Source: a virus. Taken from it: DNA of 64,000 nt. This document shows, piece by piece, positions 41,649-50,928 of the stretch (the stretch's first letter is position 1; every line of letters starts with the position of its first letter). The notes under the pieces were generated by a model. It saw only the letters and a list, made by a program, of their open reading frames with translations. It did no database searches and was not told the DNA's origin. The stretch spans positions 92,384 to 156,383 of the IMG/VR virus record IMGVR_UViG_3300020463_002440, one strand, 5' to 3'. The position numbers and the translations under genes were made by a program.

Positions 41649-42979
41649 ACTATACCTCTATCCCAATCATATTTAACTAATTCCATTTTACATATAAGTT
41701 CATTCATATCGAGTTCGTGTGTTGTCGACATAATTAACCATTTACCTTGTAATCTTTTATTTTGTTCAGGACTTAATGCAACACTTGGTTCTAAAGTTGA
41801 GAGATCAATTACTTCACCTGGTTTAATATCTATCCTTCCTTTCATCCCAGCTGATACCTTAGTATTTTGTAAATGATAATTATATGCCATTCTATTCGAT
41901 ATAATTTCTCTCATATTTTGTTGTGGCCGATTTATTGCTTCAGGTACATCACCCATTCCGTCAGGAGCCCAATCACGAAGAATAACTCTTTGTGTTTGAT
42001 TGCGCTTAAATGTTTTTTCTATAAATTCGTTTGTATGTTTAGCACCTTTAGGGGATCCACCACTCATGCCTTTGTATTTCTTTTGCGCTTTTTTGTAATC
42101 GTAATTATATGTCTTTTTCCAATGTTGTATTAAATCAATTTCCATAACACTATTATAATAACCACCACCTGACATATCGTCAGAAGTATTAACGTGAGCT
42201 GAATGATTAAAATATTCTAATGTTTCAACAATACGTTCAGCTTGTCGAGGATCTCTTGAAATTGTATCACCAGGAGTATAATATAAATTCTTTACTGCTT
42301 GATTTTCTTTTGCATATTGTAATAACCATTCATCAGTTACAAAATTATAACCTTCTATTGTTTCAAAGAATCTGTATGTTGAAGATATATTTTTACTATT
42401 ATATGCCTTGGCTGCTAAAAATTGCATTGCTTGCGCAGGAGCATAATCAGGAATCGTAACTCTCATAGTATTTGTCGAATCCTGCATTTTAACTTTTCTT
42501 CCATCTTTAAACTTATAAATGACACCATCTTCAAACGAGCCTTCAGCTGTTAATTGTCCATAGTTCTTTTTAAATAATTGCGTAGCACAATAAGAAGCGG
42601 TATGATTTCTAAATGAAGTAATAATCTTTTCCTGAGCAGCTTTAAAAGTTGAAGTAGAAACACAAGAACATGTATATAATAATTTTTCTCCTTGTATAGC
42701 AACATCACTTACTGAGTATAAAGAAAGATCTAAAATAATAACAGTTTGTAAATCATGACTTCTCATTTGTAGTTTAAGAGTTTCTTCACCACGAATTGGA
42801 AAGTTATGTATTAAAGCAATTGTATCTAATATAGTTACATCAACCATATACCCAGACAGATTTAAATCTTGATCTATTTTAACATGACTAATCATTGTAG
42901 TAATGTCAACCTTCCTTTTATCAAAAGAAGTTAGAGTTGCACCTTCGATTGTGCAATATCCGGGGTTAAAGGTTTCCAT
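41645..42979 (-). CDS. Baseplate hub protein (gp27-like)
   Basis: Position between gp53 and gp5; FPIRGEE, YRFFET, G...IKPGEVI...GKWLI....H motifs. Confidence 0.65.
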   Translation of the reverse strand: METFNPGYCTIEGATLTSFDKRKVDITTMISHVKIDQDLNLSGYMVDVTILDTIALIHNFPIRGEETLKLQMRSHDLQTVIILDLSLYSVSDVAIQGEKLLYTCSCVSTSTFKAAQEKIITSFRNHTASYCATQLFKKNYGQLTAEGSFEDGVIYKFKDGRKVKMQDSTNTMRVTIPDYAPAQAMQFLAAKAYNSKNISSTYRFFETIEGYNFVTDEWLLQYAKENQAVKNLYYTPGDTISRDPRQAERIVETLEYFNHSAHVNTSDDMSGGGYYNSVMEIDLIQHWKKTYNYDYKKAQKKYKGMSGGSPKGAKHTNEFIEKTFKRNQTQRVILRDWAPDGMGDVPEAINRPQQNMREIISNRMAYNYHLQNTKVSAGMKGRIDIKPGEVIDLSTLEPSVALSPEQNKRLQGKWLIMSTTHELDMNELICKMELVKYDWDRGIV

Positions 42980-43236
42980 TAATCTGTACTAACTGATTGT
43001 TTAAATTCATTTGTTAACTGATTGAGAAACGCATTATCAAAGAGAAAGATTTCTTTCTTATTGTTATTAATCAATTGTTCATGTTCGTAAATACGATAAG
43101 GTGTCCAATCATCTGGAATGATTCTCTTAATAATAATTTTTTGTCCTCGTTCAGTACGCATAATGACACGGTCCTCGCGTCGAAGATATATTGTTCTGAA
43201 TGATTCTGGTGCTAATATGATATTGTCAACTGCCAT
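42979..43236 (-). CDS. C-terminal moiety of split baseplate wedge protein gp53
   Basis: IYEHEQLINNNKKEIFLF...FLNQLTNEF resembles the gp53 C-terminal YE...NE.KR.I.LL motif. Confidence 0.6.
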   Translation of the reverse strand: MAVDNIILAPESFRTIYLRREDRVIMRTERGQKIIIKRIIPDDWTPYRIYEHEQLINNNKKEIFLFDNAFLNQLTNEFKQSVSTD

Positions 43237-43245
43237 TTGCTATTC

Positions 43246-43626
43246 CTAAACTGTTTTAATATAATATAAAATATTTTCGTCTATGTTTGGGTTCTTTGTC
43301 CAATCAATTACGTCTTCGCCAATTTCTCCAGACTGATCTGTGTATTTTGCTACAAGATAATCGTTAAACGTTTGTCCGTCCATAGGCCACTCGTAATATG
43401 GATCTATGATATTATTTGCCATGTAAACTAACCAAACATAATCAACCGAACCATAATACTTATGTGCAATATCTTCAGCTCTTTCGTTTTCTTTAACTGT
43501 ATAAGGATAATATACGTAAGGGTTAGTTGATACTGCTCTTACAAAGGATGCACGTCTAGAAATGTCTCTGACCTTTCTTCCTTGATATTCTATAACAGGA
43601 AAGTTTTCAAAATATTTAGTTGCCAT
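43246..43626 (-). CDS. gp53: Baseplate wedge protein gp53 (N-terminal LysM-like moiety)
   Basis: YFENFP...ERAEDIAHKYYGS....WLV...NNIIDPYYEWPM. Confidence 0.85.
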   Translation of the reverse strand: MATKYFENFPVIEYQGRKVRDISRRASFVRAVSTNPYVYYPYTVKENERAEDIAHKYYGSVDYVWLVYMANNIIDPYYEWPMDGQTFNDYLVAKYTDQSGEIGEDVIDWTKNPNIDENILYYIKTV

Positions 43627-44630
43627 TATTCTTCTGCTCCTCCATCACCCAGATCATCATCAGGATAATCTGCAGCGGTTTGTATTTCTATTTCTTGAAG
43701 TGCTAAAGTAAGTTTAACTGAAGCAGGTACACCACCTTGTGCAATCGTAGGTAATCCTTCTCCTGCATAATCTATGTTTACACTTGATACCATACACGGT
43801 TTAAATTTAAGAAAATGACTTTCATCAACACCAAGTAAATTAATAAAACAAACTGCAGGATATCTTAAGAATGCTCTAGTTGCTGCTGCGCCGCCAATAT
43901 CTGCTAGTGTCGAATCAGCTGGTCCCATGCTTTGAGTTTCAGGTAAAGTATTTCTTTTAATTGCATTCGCAATCTTTCTTATAGTTTGTGCTTCAGCTGC
44001 AGACTCTGGTCTCATTTGAAAATCAAACTGAAAGCTTCTTAAATCAACACCTGAGAAAAATAGTGTTGCTTGTGGATTAGATACAGATCCAGTCATTGCT
44101 CCAAGCGATGCGGTTGAAATTCCTAAAGCCTCAATTGTACCTTTTCCCATCTCTGCAAGAGCACGACCTATTACATCTGCGTTTATACCTACTGCATCGC
44201 TAAATGACTTACGTTGAGCTTGTGCTGCAGCCGAATTACCAAATAAGCTCGCGGCAGATGCACCTAATCCTTGTAATGCGGATGCTATTTTATTTGAAGC
44301 GGCTCTTGGATTATCTACTATACCACTTAATGTCTTTGATATTAGAACTTCCGCAACCGATCTTTCGTTTGCTGAAATACCGATTGACGTTGCATCTGCT
44401 AATTGTGCAGGCATTGGTAGTTCAATTACAGTTTCTTTTTCAGTTGTTGCTTTTTTTCTGTTTACAAAAGCGTTTTCAAATCTGCTACCAGCAGGATCTG
44501 CAATAAATTCGTTATAATTATACTGTTTAAATATAAGCTGAATGCTGTGAGGTAGCGGCCTTGAAGGATAAGTGAGCCGTGTAAAAGATTCCTTATCTGC
44601 GGCTTCCATATGCATCATTGGTCTTGTCAT
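43626..44630 (-). CDS. gp48: Baseplate tail tube cap gp48-like
   Basis: IELPMP; NPQATLFFSGVDLRSFQFDF..RPES..EA; FLRYP; FKPC....NIDY; LTLALQEIE. Confidence 0.8.
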   Translation of the reverse strand: MTRPMMHMEAADKESFTRLTYPSRPLPHSIQLIFKQYNYNEFIADPAGSRFENAFVNRKKATTEKETVIELPMPAQLADATSIGISANERSVAEVLISKTLSGIVDNPRAASNKIASALQGLGASAASLFGNSAAAQAQRKSFSDAVGINADVIGRALAEMGKGTIEALGISTASLGAMTGSVSNPQATLFFSGVDLRSFQFDFQMRPESAAEAQTIRKIANAIKRNTLPETQSMGPADSTLADIGGAAATRAFLRYPAVCFINLLGVDESHFLKFKPCMVSSVNIDYAGEGLPTIAQGGVPASVKLTLALQEIEIQTAADYPDDDLGDGGAEE

Positions 44631-44662
44631 TGTTATTCCTTTGAGTAACTCCGGTTAATTCT

Positions 44663-44696
44663 AATAAATATGTTAACGGATTTGTAGTTATTTATA
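44663..44696. promoter_or_regulatory. Pair of opposed late promoters (AATAAATA + strand 44663-44670; TATAAATA - strand 44689-44696)
   Basis: Both lie in the intergenic gap at the strand switch between gp48 and gp4. Confidence 0.7.
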
Positions 44697-44716
44697 CAGA
44701 AAGCGAGAAATACATC

Positions 44717-45178
44717 ATGGCATATAAAGGTCGATTTCGTCCTAAGAACCCCAGTAAGTATAAAGGGGACCCAACTAAGATTATTTATAGGTCTTTATGG
44801 GAGTTTAAAGTTTTTAGATGGGTTGATACACACCCTGATGTTATTTGGTGGCAATCAGAAGAAGTGATTGTTCCTTATAGATCTCCGCTTGATAGTAGAA
44901 TACACAGATATTTTCCGGATGTTATTGTACATAAAAAGGATAATCTAGGAAATGTTCAAACTATTATGATTGAAATTAAACCAAGTTCACAATGTGTACC
45001 GCCAAATCCAGCAAATAAAAACAAAACAAAGACAGGTAGAGTATCAAGAAGATATTTAAATGAAGTAAAACGATACGGTATTAACGAAGCGAAATGGAAA
45101 GCTGCAAGATCCTTTTGCGCTGACCGCGGATGGTTATTTACAATTATGACAGAAAAACATATACCAGGGGCAAGGTAA
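44717..45178 (+). CDS. gp4: Head completion nuclease gp4
   Basis: MAYKGRFRPKNPSKYKGDP..IIYRSLWE; HRYFPD; IEIKP; NEAKWKAA. Confidence 0.93.
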   Translation: MAYKGRFRPKNPSKYKGDPTKIIYRSLWEFKVFRWVDTHPDVIWWQSEEVIVPYRSPLDSRIHRYFPDVIVHKKDNLGNVQTIMIEIKPSSQCVPPNPANKNKTKTGRVSRRYLNEVKRYGINEAKWKAARSFCADRGWLFTIMTEKHIPGAR

Positions 45179-45787
45179 GTGGCACAAATCTTTTCAGATA
45201 TATTAGCAAAAGGTGTAAGGCGTGGAGAAATGCCTGCTCGTACTCAGACTGCGAGAGATTGGTATCGTAATGCTGCCAAAGGTATGACAATGGTTACGGC
45301 CGAACAAATCATAAGTGATACAAAGAAAAAGAATACAAGAGCATCAGTATCTAACGAAGGTCAGATTGGGCAAATGATGTTATTTCAATACGAAGCAAAA
45401 TATAAAGACACATTACCTTATTATGATCGCTTCCCTCTTATATTCCCAATAAATATAGTTAAAGGAGGATTCATGGGTATAAACATGCATTACTTACCTC
45501 CAAAACTAAGGGCACAATTAATGGATGCATTATATACAGTTTCTTCAAATAAAAGATATGATGAAAAGACTATACTAAATTTATCTTACGATATATTAAA
45601 TGGAGCATCAAAGTTTAGATTGTTTAAACCAACAATAAAGAAATACTTAACAAGACAGGTAAGATCTAGATTTATAAAGATAGAAGCAAGTGAATGGGAT
45701 ATTGCTTTGTTCTTACCACTTCAGAATTTTGTTGGAGCTTCAAGTCAAAAAGTATATGCAGATTCAAGAAAGATTATAAGAGGATAA
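45179..45787 (+). CDS. gp2: DNA end protector gp2
   Basis: YEAKYKDTLPYYDRFPLIF...GINMHYLPPKLR...EWDIALFLP. Confidence 0.92.
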   Translation: MAQIFSDILAKGVRRGEMPARTQTARDWYRNAAKGMTMVTAEQIISDTKKKNTRASVSNEGQIGQMMLFQYEAKYKDTLPYYDRFPLIFPINIVKGGFMGINMHYLPPKLRAQLMDALYTVSSNKRYDEKTILNLSYDILNGASKFRLFKPTIKKYLTRQVRSRFIKIEASEWDIALFLPLQNFVGASSQKVYADSRKIIRG

Positions 45788-45790
45788 TAG

Positions 45791-46564
45791 ATGTCATTTA
45801 ATGTTTCAAAATTTAAGTCATCATTTGAAAGAATGGGTGGTCCTGCTCGAGCAAATTTATTTGAAGTAACAAGATCAACAAATTCTGAGATTCCTGTTAA
45901 TCCATTCTTTGGTATCAACGAATTTAAATATTTTTGTACTGGAATAACATTTCCTGGAATAGCAGTAAATACAGCAAGTGTAGATTATATAGGACAGTTA
46001 ACAAAATTATATCCAACAGGTGTGACTAACCCAGGACCAGTTACTGCAAAATTCTTAGTAGATTCAGATCATAATGTTTTAACTTTCTTTCACAATTGGA
46101 TGAGAGCAGTTGTTAACTTTAGTAAAACAGACGGAGCTGCAGCAGAGTTTAAAGAAAAGCTTCCACATGAAGTTGGATTCAAAGATGATTATTGTTGTGA
46201 TTTAATTATTAAACATTTTACAACAGATAGTTTTCCAAATTCATTTTATGAGGCAACATTATTAAGAGCGTATCCAATTGAAGTATCAGGTTTAGAATTA
46301 GGATGGGCACAGAATGATTCGTTCTTAGAAATAGATGTAAAGTTTGCACTTGATGATTTTAAATTCTCAGGTGATAAAACAGGAAATACCGCAGACCGCT
46401 CAAAGAGAGGTGGTGGCCTGTTAGATATACTTGGAGATGTAGCAGGATTTGCTGATACAGTAAGAGGTACAATTAAATCAGGAAGACCTAGAACAATTCA
46501 AGATGCAGTAAACAGATTAAACAGATTAAGTAATTCCTTTGGAAACTTGAGTGACAATATTTAA
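45791..46564 (+). CDS. gp54: Tail tube initiator gp54/gp19-like
   Basis: GGPARANLFEV...C....FPG; FFHNW; AYPIEVS.LEL.W. Confidence 0.7.
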   Translation: MSFNVSKFKSSFERMGGPARANLFEVTRSTNSEIPVNPFFGINEFKYFCTGITFPGIAVNTASVDYIGQLTKLYPTGVTNPGPVTAKFLVDSDHNVLTFFHNWMRAVVNFSKTDGAAAEFKEKLPHEVGFKDDYCCDLIIKHFTTDSFPNSFYEATLLRAYPIEVSGLELGWAQNDSFLEIDVKFALDDFKFSGDKTGNTADRSKRGGGLLDILGDVAGFADTVRGTIKSGRPRTIQDAVNRLNRLSNSFGNLSDNI

Positions 46565-46579
46565 AATTAGGAGTATATA

Positions 46580-47281
46580 ATGGCACTACCAAAAATTGAC
46601 TTACCTTTAGAGGAAATTATAATTCCATCGACTGGTAAGAAAGTAAAGTTAAGACCCTTTACGGTAAAAGAAGAAAAGATATTATTAGTTGCGGCGGAAT
46701 CAGGAGATGCAGTAAATGAACTGCTATCAGTTAAGCAAGTAATTAATAATTGTTTAGTAGATTCTACAGTTGATGAAATGTCAATGGTAGATTTAGAATA
46801 TGTGTTTTTAAATCTACGAACACGTTCAGTAGATAATATAGCAACTTTTAGTATCACTGATCCTGATACTGATGAAAAGGTTAATTTAGAAATTGACTTT
46901 AAAGATGTTAAATTAATAGAAGACGAGGAGCATGATAATAAAGTAAAAATTAATGAAGAGTATACATTATTTTTAAAGCATCCAACGATTGCACAATTTG
47001 AATATGTGTTATCATTAGATGCAAAAGATCCTTTAATGAATTATTTTATTATGACATCATGTTTAGATAAATTGGCTTCGGAAGATGAAGTACATAATTT
47101 TGCAGATTATAGTAATGAAGAAATAGATGATTTTATGAACAGCTTAGATGGTAATTCAATTAAGCAAGTTTCTAAATTCTTTGAAACACTTCCTAAGTTG
47201 AGACATGAAGTAAAATATACAAATATGAATGGAGATGAAAAGACATTTGTGATTGAGGGCATGCGAAGTTTTTTTATCTAG
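46580..47281 (+). CDS. gp26: Baseplate hub assembly chaperone gp26
   Basis: MALPKI..P......PSTGKKVKLRPFTVKEEKILL; DLEYVFLNLRTRSV; FFETLPKL; EGMRSFF. Confidence 0.9.
   Translation: MALPKIDLPLEEIIIPSTGKKVKLRPFTVKEEKILLVAAESGDAVNELLSVKQVINNCLVDSTVDEMSMVDLEYVFLNLRTRSVDNIATFSITDPDTDEKVNLEIDFKDVKLIEDEEHDNKVKINEEYTLFLKHPTIAQFEYVLSLDAKDPLMNYFIMTSCLDKLASEDEVHNFADYSNEEIDDFMNSLDGNSIKQVSKFFETLPKLRHEVKYTNMNGDEKTFVIEGMRSFFI
47255..47275 (+). promoter_or_regulatory. Putative -1 programmed ribosomal frameshift signal (internal SD GAGGG plus slippery T TTT TTT)
   Basis: T7 run at 47269-47275 is phased as X XXY YYZ in gp26, and the -1 frame is open into gp51. Confidence 0.6.
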
Positions 47282-47292
47282 GGCTAAGTCAT

Positions 47293-47454
47293 ATGACACT
47301 TAGCCATTATTACAATATGATCTTTTCGCTTTGTCAACATCATAAGTATTCTATATCTGATGTTGAAGGATTAATACCGTATGAAAGAGATTTATTCTTT
47401 CAGATGTTAATTGAGTATCTTGAAAGACAAAAAGAAGAACGAGCAAATAGGTAA
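47293..47454 (+). CDS. gp51: Baseplate hub assembly catalyst gp51 (53 aa, below ORF-track cutoff)
   Basis: MTLSHYYNMIFSLCQHHKYSISDVEGLIPYERDLFFQMLIEYLERQKEERANR*; the YY...F.L.QHHKYS..E...P.ER motif is characteristic. Confidence 0.88.
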   Translation: MTLSHYYNMIFSLCQHHKYSISDVEGLIPYERDLFFQMLIEYLERQKEERANR

Positions 47455-47461
47455 ATATTAA

Positions 47462-49282
47462 ATGGCAGACTTAAGCGCAGAAACACAAGCTATTATCAGC
47501 GAACTTGATAAACAAGGAAAGCTGTTACGCAATGACGGACGAACAAATTCAATTAAGATGGTTAGACAAGATCTAGCAAAGTTTGAACCAATCTTTATTA
47601 GTATTAATAAAGGTATCGGAAGCATGGCTGAAAAAATCAATTCTATGGTTTCTTTATCTGCTACCGAATCAGAGGGTGCAAGTAGAATTGCGACCGACGA
47701 TCTTGATGATGAGTATGTTGGATTACAAAAAGAAGCTGCTGAGCTTACAATTAAAAACGCTAATCAAAGAGAAAAGCTTGAAGCTGAACAAATGGCAAGA
47801 GATGAAGTTGCTCGTAAACAAAAAGAAAAGGATGATAGAAAAGCTGAAACAGAAAAAAACAAAATAATGTCTCAAGGTCTTATATCAATGGCAAGAGATA
47901 ATAAGATGGGAATGTTTAAAGGTGTTTTAAAATACGGTTTACTTGGATTTGCTGGATTTAATATAATAAAAGGTGCAGTAGATCAAATGTTCGATGGTGC
48001 TGCCTCTGAGTTTTTAAATAATGTTGATTGGACTTCGTTATCCGAAGGGTTTAATCGTATGACAAGTTGGATTACTTCTGATATTTGGAAAACATTAGCA
48101 ACTGGTCTTGCGGCATGGGGTGCATTAGAATTTGGTTTACCGTTTATGGTTAACACTGCTGGTGAACTTATTAAACTATCTGCGTTTAAGAGTGCACTAT
48201 CAGGAATAACATCTGATAATATTAAAAATACTGGAGGCTTTCCTGGTTTAAGAGTAGGTATAGCAGGTGCGTTAGGAGCTGCATTGGCGATGGGTATGCC
48301 AGCAATTAAAACTTTTATAAGAGAAAGTATGATGGGAATGACACCAGCTGAATTAGAAAAGGCTCAAGCTGATCCTGGTATATTAGATGCCGCAGGTTAT
48401 GCAGCAATTGGTGGAACTCTAGGATTTATGTTTGGCCCGACCGGTGCTTTGGCAGGGGCAGTACTTGGATTCGCTGTTGGTCTTGGTTCAATGTTAATTG
48501 ATAATTTAAAAGATGATGTTAAAAAGGCTGGAGCAAACGAAGAAGTAGAGGATCTAGCAATAACACTCAGAAATCTTCAGGATAAACAAAAAGAACTGGA
48601 AACATATAGAAAGAACATGAAAGCTGACGGAATGTCAGACGATGAAATAGATAAAGCAATTGCTAAGTTTGGCAAAGAGTATTTAAATTTAGATACGGCC
48701 ATTATTACGGCAGAAGAAGATTTAGCTGCAGCAGTTGAGAGATATAACACATCAAATGCTTTAGCTGCTGAAGAAGTAAAAAATAAGGAAATTTCTGATA
48801 CTAAATTGGTACCAAGAGTCTCCACTTTTGGTATGGCCATGCCGTATGAAGAGCAAAAAACGCTTGAAGAGTTTAATAATGATATAAAGGCAAGAGATCA
48901 GCAGGTTGAACAAATATTAGGCAAGAGCGATGATAATTTACAATTGGCTGCTTCACTTATAGATTTAGAGACGGTAAACGCAAGAATCGCAAAACGTGAA
49001 AAAAAGAATAATGAAACCTACAATAATATGTTCAGTCCTTTTAATTGGGATACATACCAATTTAATTTATCCGATGAAACTATTACAGCTTTACTAAATC
49101 TGACTGAGTCTTCTGAACAGCTTGGATCACTACAAAGAACGGAGTACTTTACTTTACAATCAAATAATAAAGGAGGGGATGTAAATGTTTATTCAACCTC
49201 TGGTGATACTCATCATAATAGAACAGTTAATGGTTTTATTGGGCAAGGTAATGGAATGTTATCGCCTGTAGGAACAAATTAA
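47462..49282 (+). CDS. Tape measure-like baseplate hub protein (gp29-like)
   Basis: Follows gp26/gp51; 606 aa, coiled-coil plus Gly/Ala-rich hydrophobic segments. Confidence 0.6.
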   Translation: MADLSAETQAIISELDKQGKLLRNDGRTNSIKMVRQDLAKFEPIFISINKGIGSMAEKINSMVSLSATESEGASRIATDDLDDEYVGLQKEAAELTIKNANQREKLEAEQMARDEVARKQKEKDDRKAETEKNKIMSQGLISMARDNKMGMFKGVLKYGLLGFAGFNIIKGAVDQMFDGAASEFLNNVDWTSLSEGFNRMTSWITSDIWKTLATGLAAWGALEFGLPFMVNTAGELIKLSAFKSALSGITSDNIKNTGGFPGLRVGIAGALGAALAMGMPAIKTFIRESMMGMTPAELEKAQADPGILDAAGYAAIGGTLGFMFGPTGALAGAVLGFAVGLGSMLIDNLKDDVKKAGANEEVEDLAITLRNLQDKQKELETYRKNMKADGMSDDEIDKAIAKFGKEYLNLDTAIITAEEDLAAAVERYNTSNALAAEEVKNKEISDTKLVPRVSTFGMAMPYEEQKTLEEFNNDIKARDQQVEQILGKSDDNLQLAASLIDLETVNARIAKREKKNNETYNNMFSPFNWDTYQFNLSDETITALLNLTESSEQLGSLQRTEYFTLQSNNKGGDVNVYSTSGDTHHNRTVNGFIGQGNGMLSPVGTN

Positions 49283-49303
49283 AAAGGAACCTCGAAAGGT
49301 CCC
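49281..49303 (-). terminator. Rho-independent terminator with UUCG tetraloop
   Basis: Minus strand GGGACCT-TTCG-AGGTTCC-TTTTT at the convergence of two transcription units. Confidence 0.85.
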
Positions 49304-49312
49304 TCGTTTAAT

Positions 49313-49825
49313 TTATTTACCTTTTAAATAGGCAAGTACATTTTCAGGAGCGGTTTCTCCATACGGATCTGATTGACAATCGTCCATCATTCCTGGTTCA
49401 GTAAATAATCTTTCAACTTTACCATTGTCTACGACCATAGCATATCTCCAAGATCTTCTTCCGAAACCAAGATTGTCTTTTACGACTAACATATCCATAC
49501 CAGCAGTGAATTCACAAGATCCATCAGGAATGAATTTTACATTCTTAACTCTTAGATCTTCAGCCCATGCATTCATAACGAAAGTATCATTACAAGATAC
49601 ACAATAAACTTCATCAATTCCATGCTCAACAATCTGATCATATAGAACATCAAATCCTGGGACTTGATTATTTGAACAGGTTGGTGTAAAAGCGCCAGGT
49701 AGTGAAAATACTACTACTCTTTTTCCATCAAAATAATCTGCTGTAGTTGGATGGGTCCAATCGAACTCACCGGTTTCTACATTTCTACTTCTTACTTTGA
49801 AAGTTATATTAGGTACAGTTTTCAT
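49313..49825 (-). CDS. Peroxiredoxin (Prx5 subfamily)
   Basis: VVFSLPGAFTPTCS; VYCVSCNDTFVMNAW; GFGRRSWRYAMVV. Confidence 0.93.
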   Translation of the reverse strand: MKTVPNITFKVRSRNVETGEFDWTHPTTADYFDGKRVVVFSLPGAFTPTCSNNQVPGFDVLYDQIVEHGIDEVYCVSCNDTFVMNAWAEDLRVKNVKFIPDGSCEFTAGMDMLVVKDNLGFGRRSWRYAMVVDNGKVERLFTEPGMMDDCQSDPYGETAPENVLAYLKGK

Positions 49826-49846
49826 TATATAGTTTCCTTATCAGTT

Positions 49847-49867
49847 GGGAGGCCATTGCGACCTCCC
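49847..49867 (-). other. GC-rich hairpin between hsp20 and prx without a U-tract
   Basis: Minus strand GGGAGGTC-GCAAT-GGCCTCCC; possibly an mRNA-stabilising or processing structure. Confidence 0.5.
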
Positions 49868-49880
49868 GGATTAAAACAAA

Positions 49881-50333
49881 TTAACCTTTTAGAAATTCTT
49901 TCTTAGTGTCAATTTTAATTTTACGTGCCTTTTTTGCCTCAGGAATTATTCGTTCCAATGCGACAGTTAAAAGACCGTTTTTGAAGTTGGCTCCGATTAC
50001 TTCAATATCGTCTGCAAGAGTAAAACTTCTTGTAAACTTTTTGAAAGAAATACCGCGATGAACATAGTCACCTCCGCCATTGAAGTATTCTCCTGCTTCA
50101 TCCCAAACGGAACGAACAGTTAATACATCTTCTTTTACTTCTATTTCAACATCTTTAATATCAAGACCTGCTAACGCAAGATCAATAAAGAACTTTTCGC
50201 CTTTGTCGGTTCTGATATTGTAAGGCGGAAAGCCTTGTGGTTGATGTTGGTGAGGGAATTCCACCAATCTGTCAAAGACTCTATCAAAGCCTACGGCAAA
50301 AGGGTGAAGTTGGTTTATATTTAATCCAGTCAT
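49881..50333 (-). CDS. hsp20: Small heat shock protein (IbpA/Hsp20)
   Basis: GFDRVF...FPPYNI...LALAG...HRGIS...F.RSFTLAD....A.FKNGLL.V.LER.IPE.KK.RKIKI. Confidence 0.95.
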   Translation of the reverse strand: MTGLNINQLHPFAVGFDRVFDRLVEFPHQHQPQGFPPYNIRTDKGEKFFIDLALAGLDIKDVEIEVKEDVLTVRSVWDEAGEYFNGGGDYVHRGISFKKFTRSFTLADDIEVIGANFKNGLLTVALERIIPEAKKARKIKIDTKKEFLKG

Positions 50334-50415
50334 GTTTATCTCCTATTAAGCAAGATTAATTAAATTTGATGGTATTACCCATCGGTTATTGTAAGACCCT
50401 TACGGCGCCCTACAA
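50331..50415 (-). promoter_or_regulatory. ROSE-like RNA thermometer in hsp20 5' UTR
   Basis: Three hairpins; the last is TCTTGCT-TAAT-AGGAGA, where U(U/C)GCU with a bulged G pairs to the SD. Confidence 0.7.
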
Positions 50416-50418
50416 ATT

Positions 50419-50426
50419 TATTTATA
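50419..50426 (-). promoter_or_regulatory. Late promoter TATAAATA overlapping the dUTPase stop codon
   Basis: Exact match directly upstream of the structured hsp20 leader. Confidence 0.7.
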
Positions 50427-50928
50427 CACCAGTTGACCCAACACCACCTTTTCGGTCAGTTTTTTGAGTCGGTTGCGTATTTGTTTCTTTTATTTTTATT
50501 TGGTTTACTTCAGCTAATCTACATTGTGCCAATCTTTCACCATCATGTACATTGACTAAACTATCTGATATATTATGTACAATAATATGCGTTTCGTCAA
50601 CATAATCAGAATCAATTATACCAACACTATTTACTAATGTCAATCCTCTTTTCGTTGCTACACTTGAACGAATAAACATTTCCATTACATGATTGTCTGG
50701 AATGTCGAAGATTAATCCGGTTGGTATAAGTACTCTTGTTTCAGGCGGAACCTGAATTGTTGGTTTACCATTTTTTAATTTAATTAAAATTGGTATTTCT
50801 TTATTCCAAGCATCGTATCCTTTAATGCGCTCGCCTACTGTTAAACAAACTTTTATATCAAAGCATGCTGAACCTTTGGTTGCGTATTCAGGAAGTGTTG
50901 CGTTATCTCGTACTTTATATACATTCAT
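50422..50928 (-). CDS. dut: Trimeric dUTPase
   Basis: GSACFDI, IPTGL, IRSS, NSVGIIDSDY, GERLAQ, RKGGVGSTG (motifs I-V). Confidence 0.95.
   Translation of the reverse strand: MNVYKVRDNATLPEYATKGSACFDIKVCLTVGERIKGYDAWNKEIPILIKLKNGKPTIQVPPETRVLIPTGLIFDIPDNHVMEMFIRSSVATKRGLTLVNSVGIIDSDYVDETHIIVHNISDSLVNVHDGERLAQCRLAEVNQIKIKETNTQPTQKTDRKGGVGSTGV

Noticed and set aside
43237-43248. Possible TAG reassignment suggested by two in-frame TAGs within split gp53
   Set aside because: TAG terminates other full-length genes (S8 peptidase, gp25, gp26) and long genes are intact under code 11, so there is no sign of recoding.
49313-50333. Calling the phage a cyanophage because of the phycobiliprotein-like repeats
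   Set aside because: There are no photosynthesis genes in the window, and the IbpA-type Hsp20 with a ROSE-like leader fits a proteobacterial host better. The host remains undetermined.
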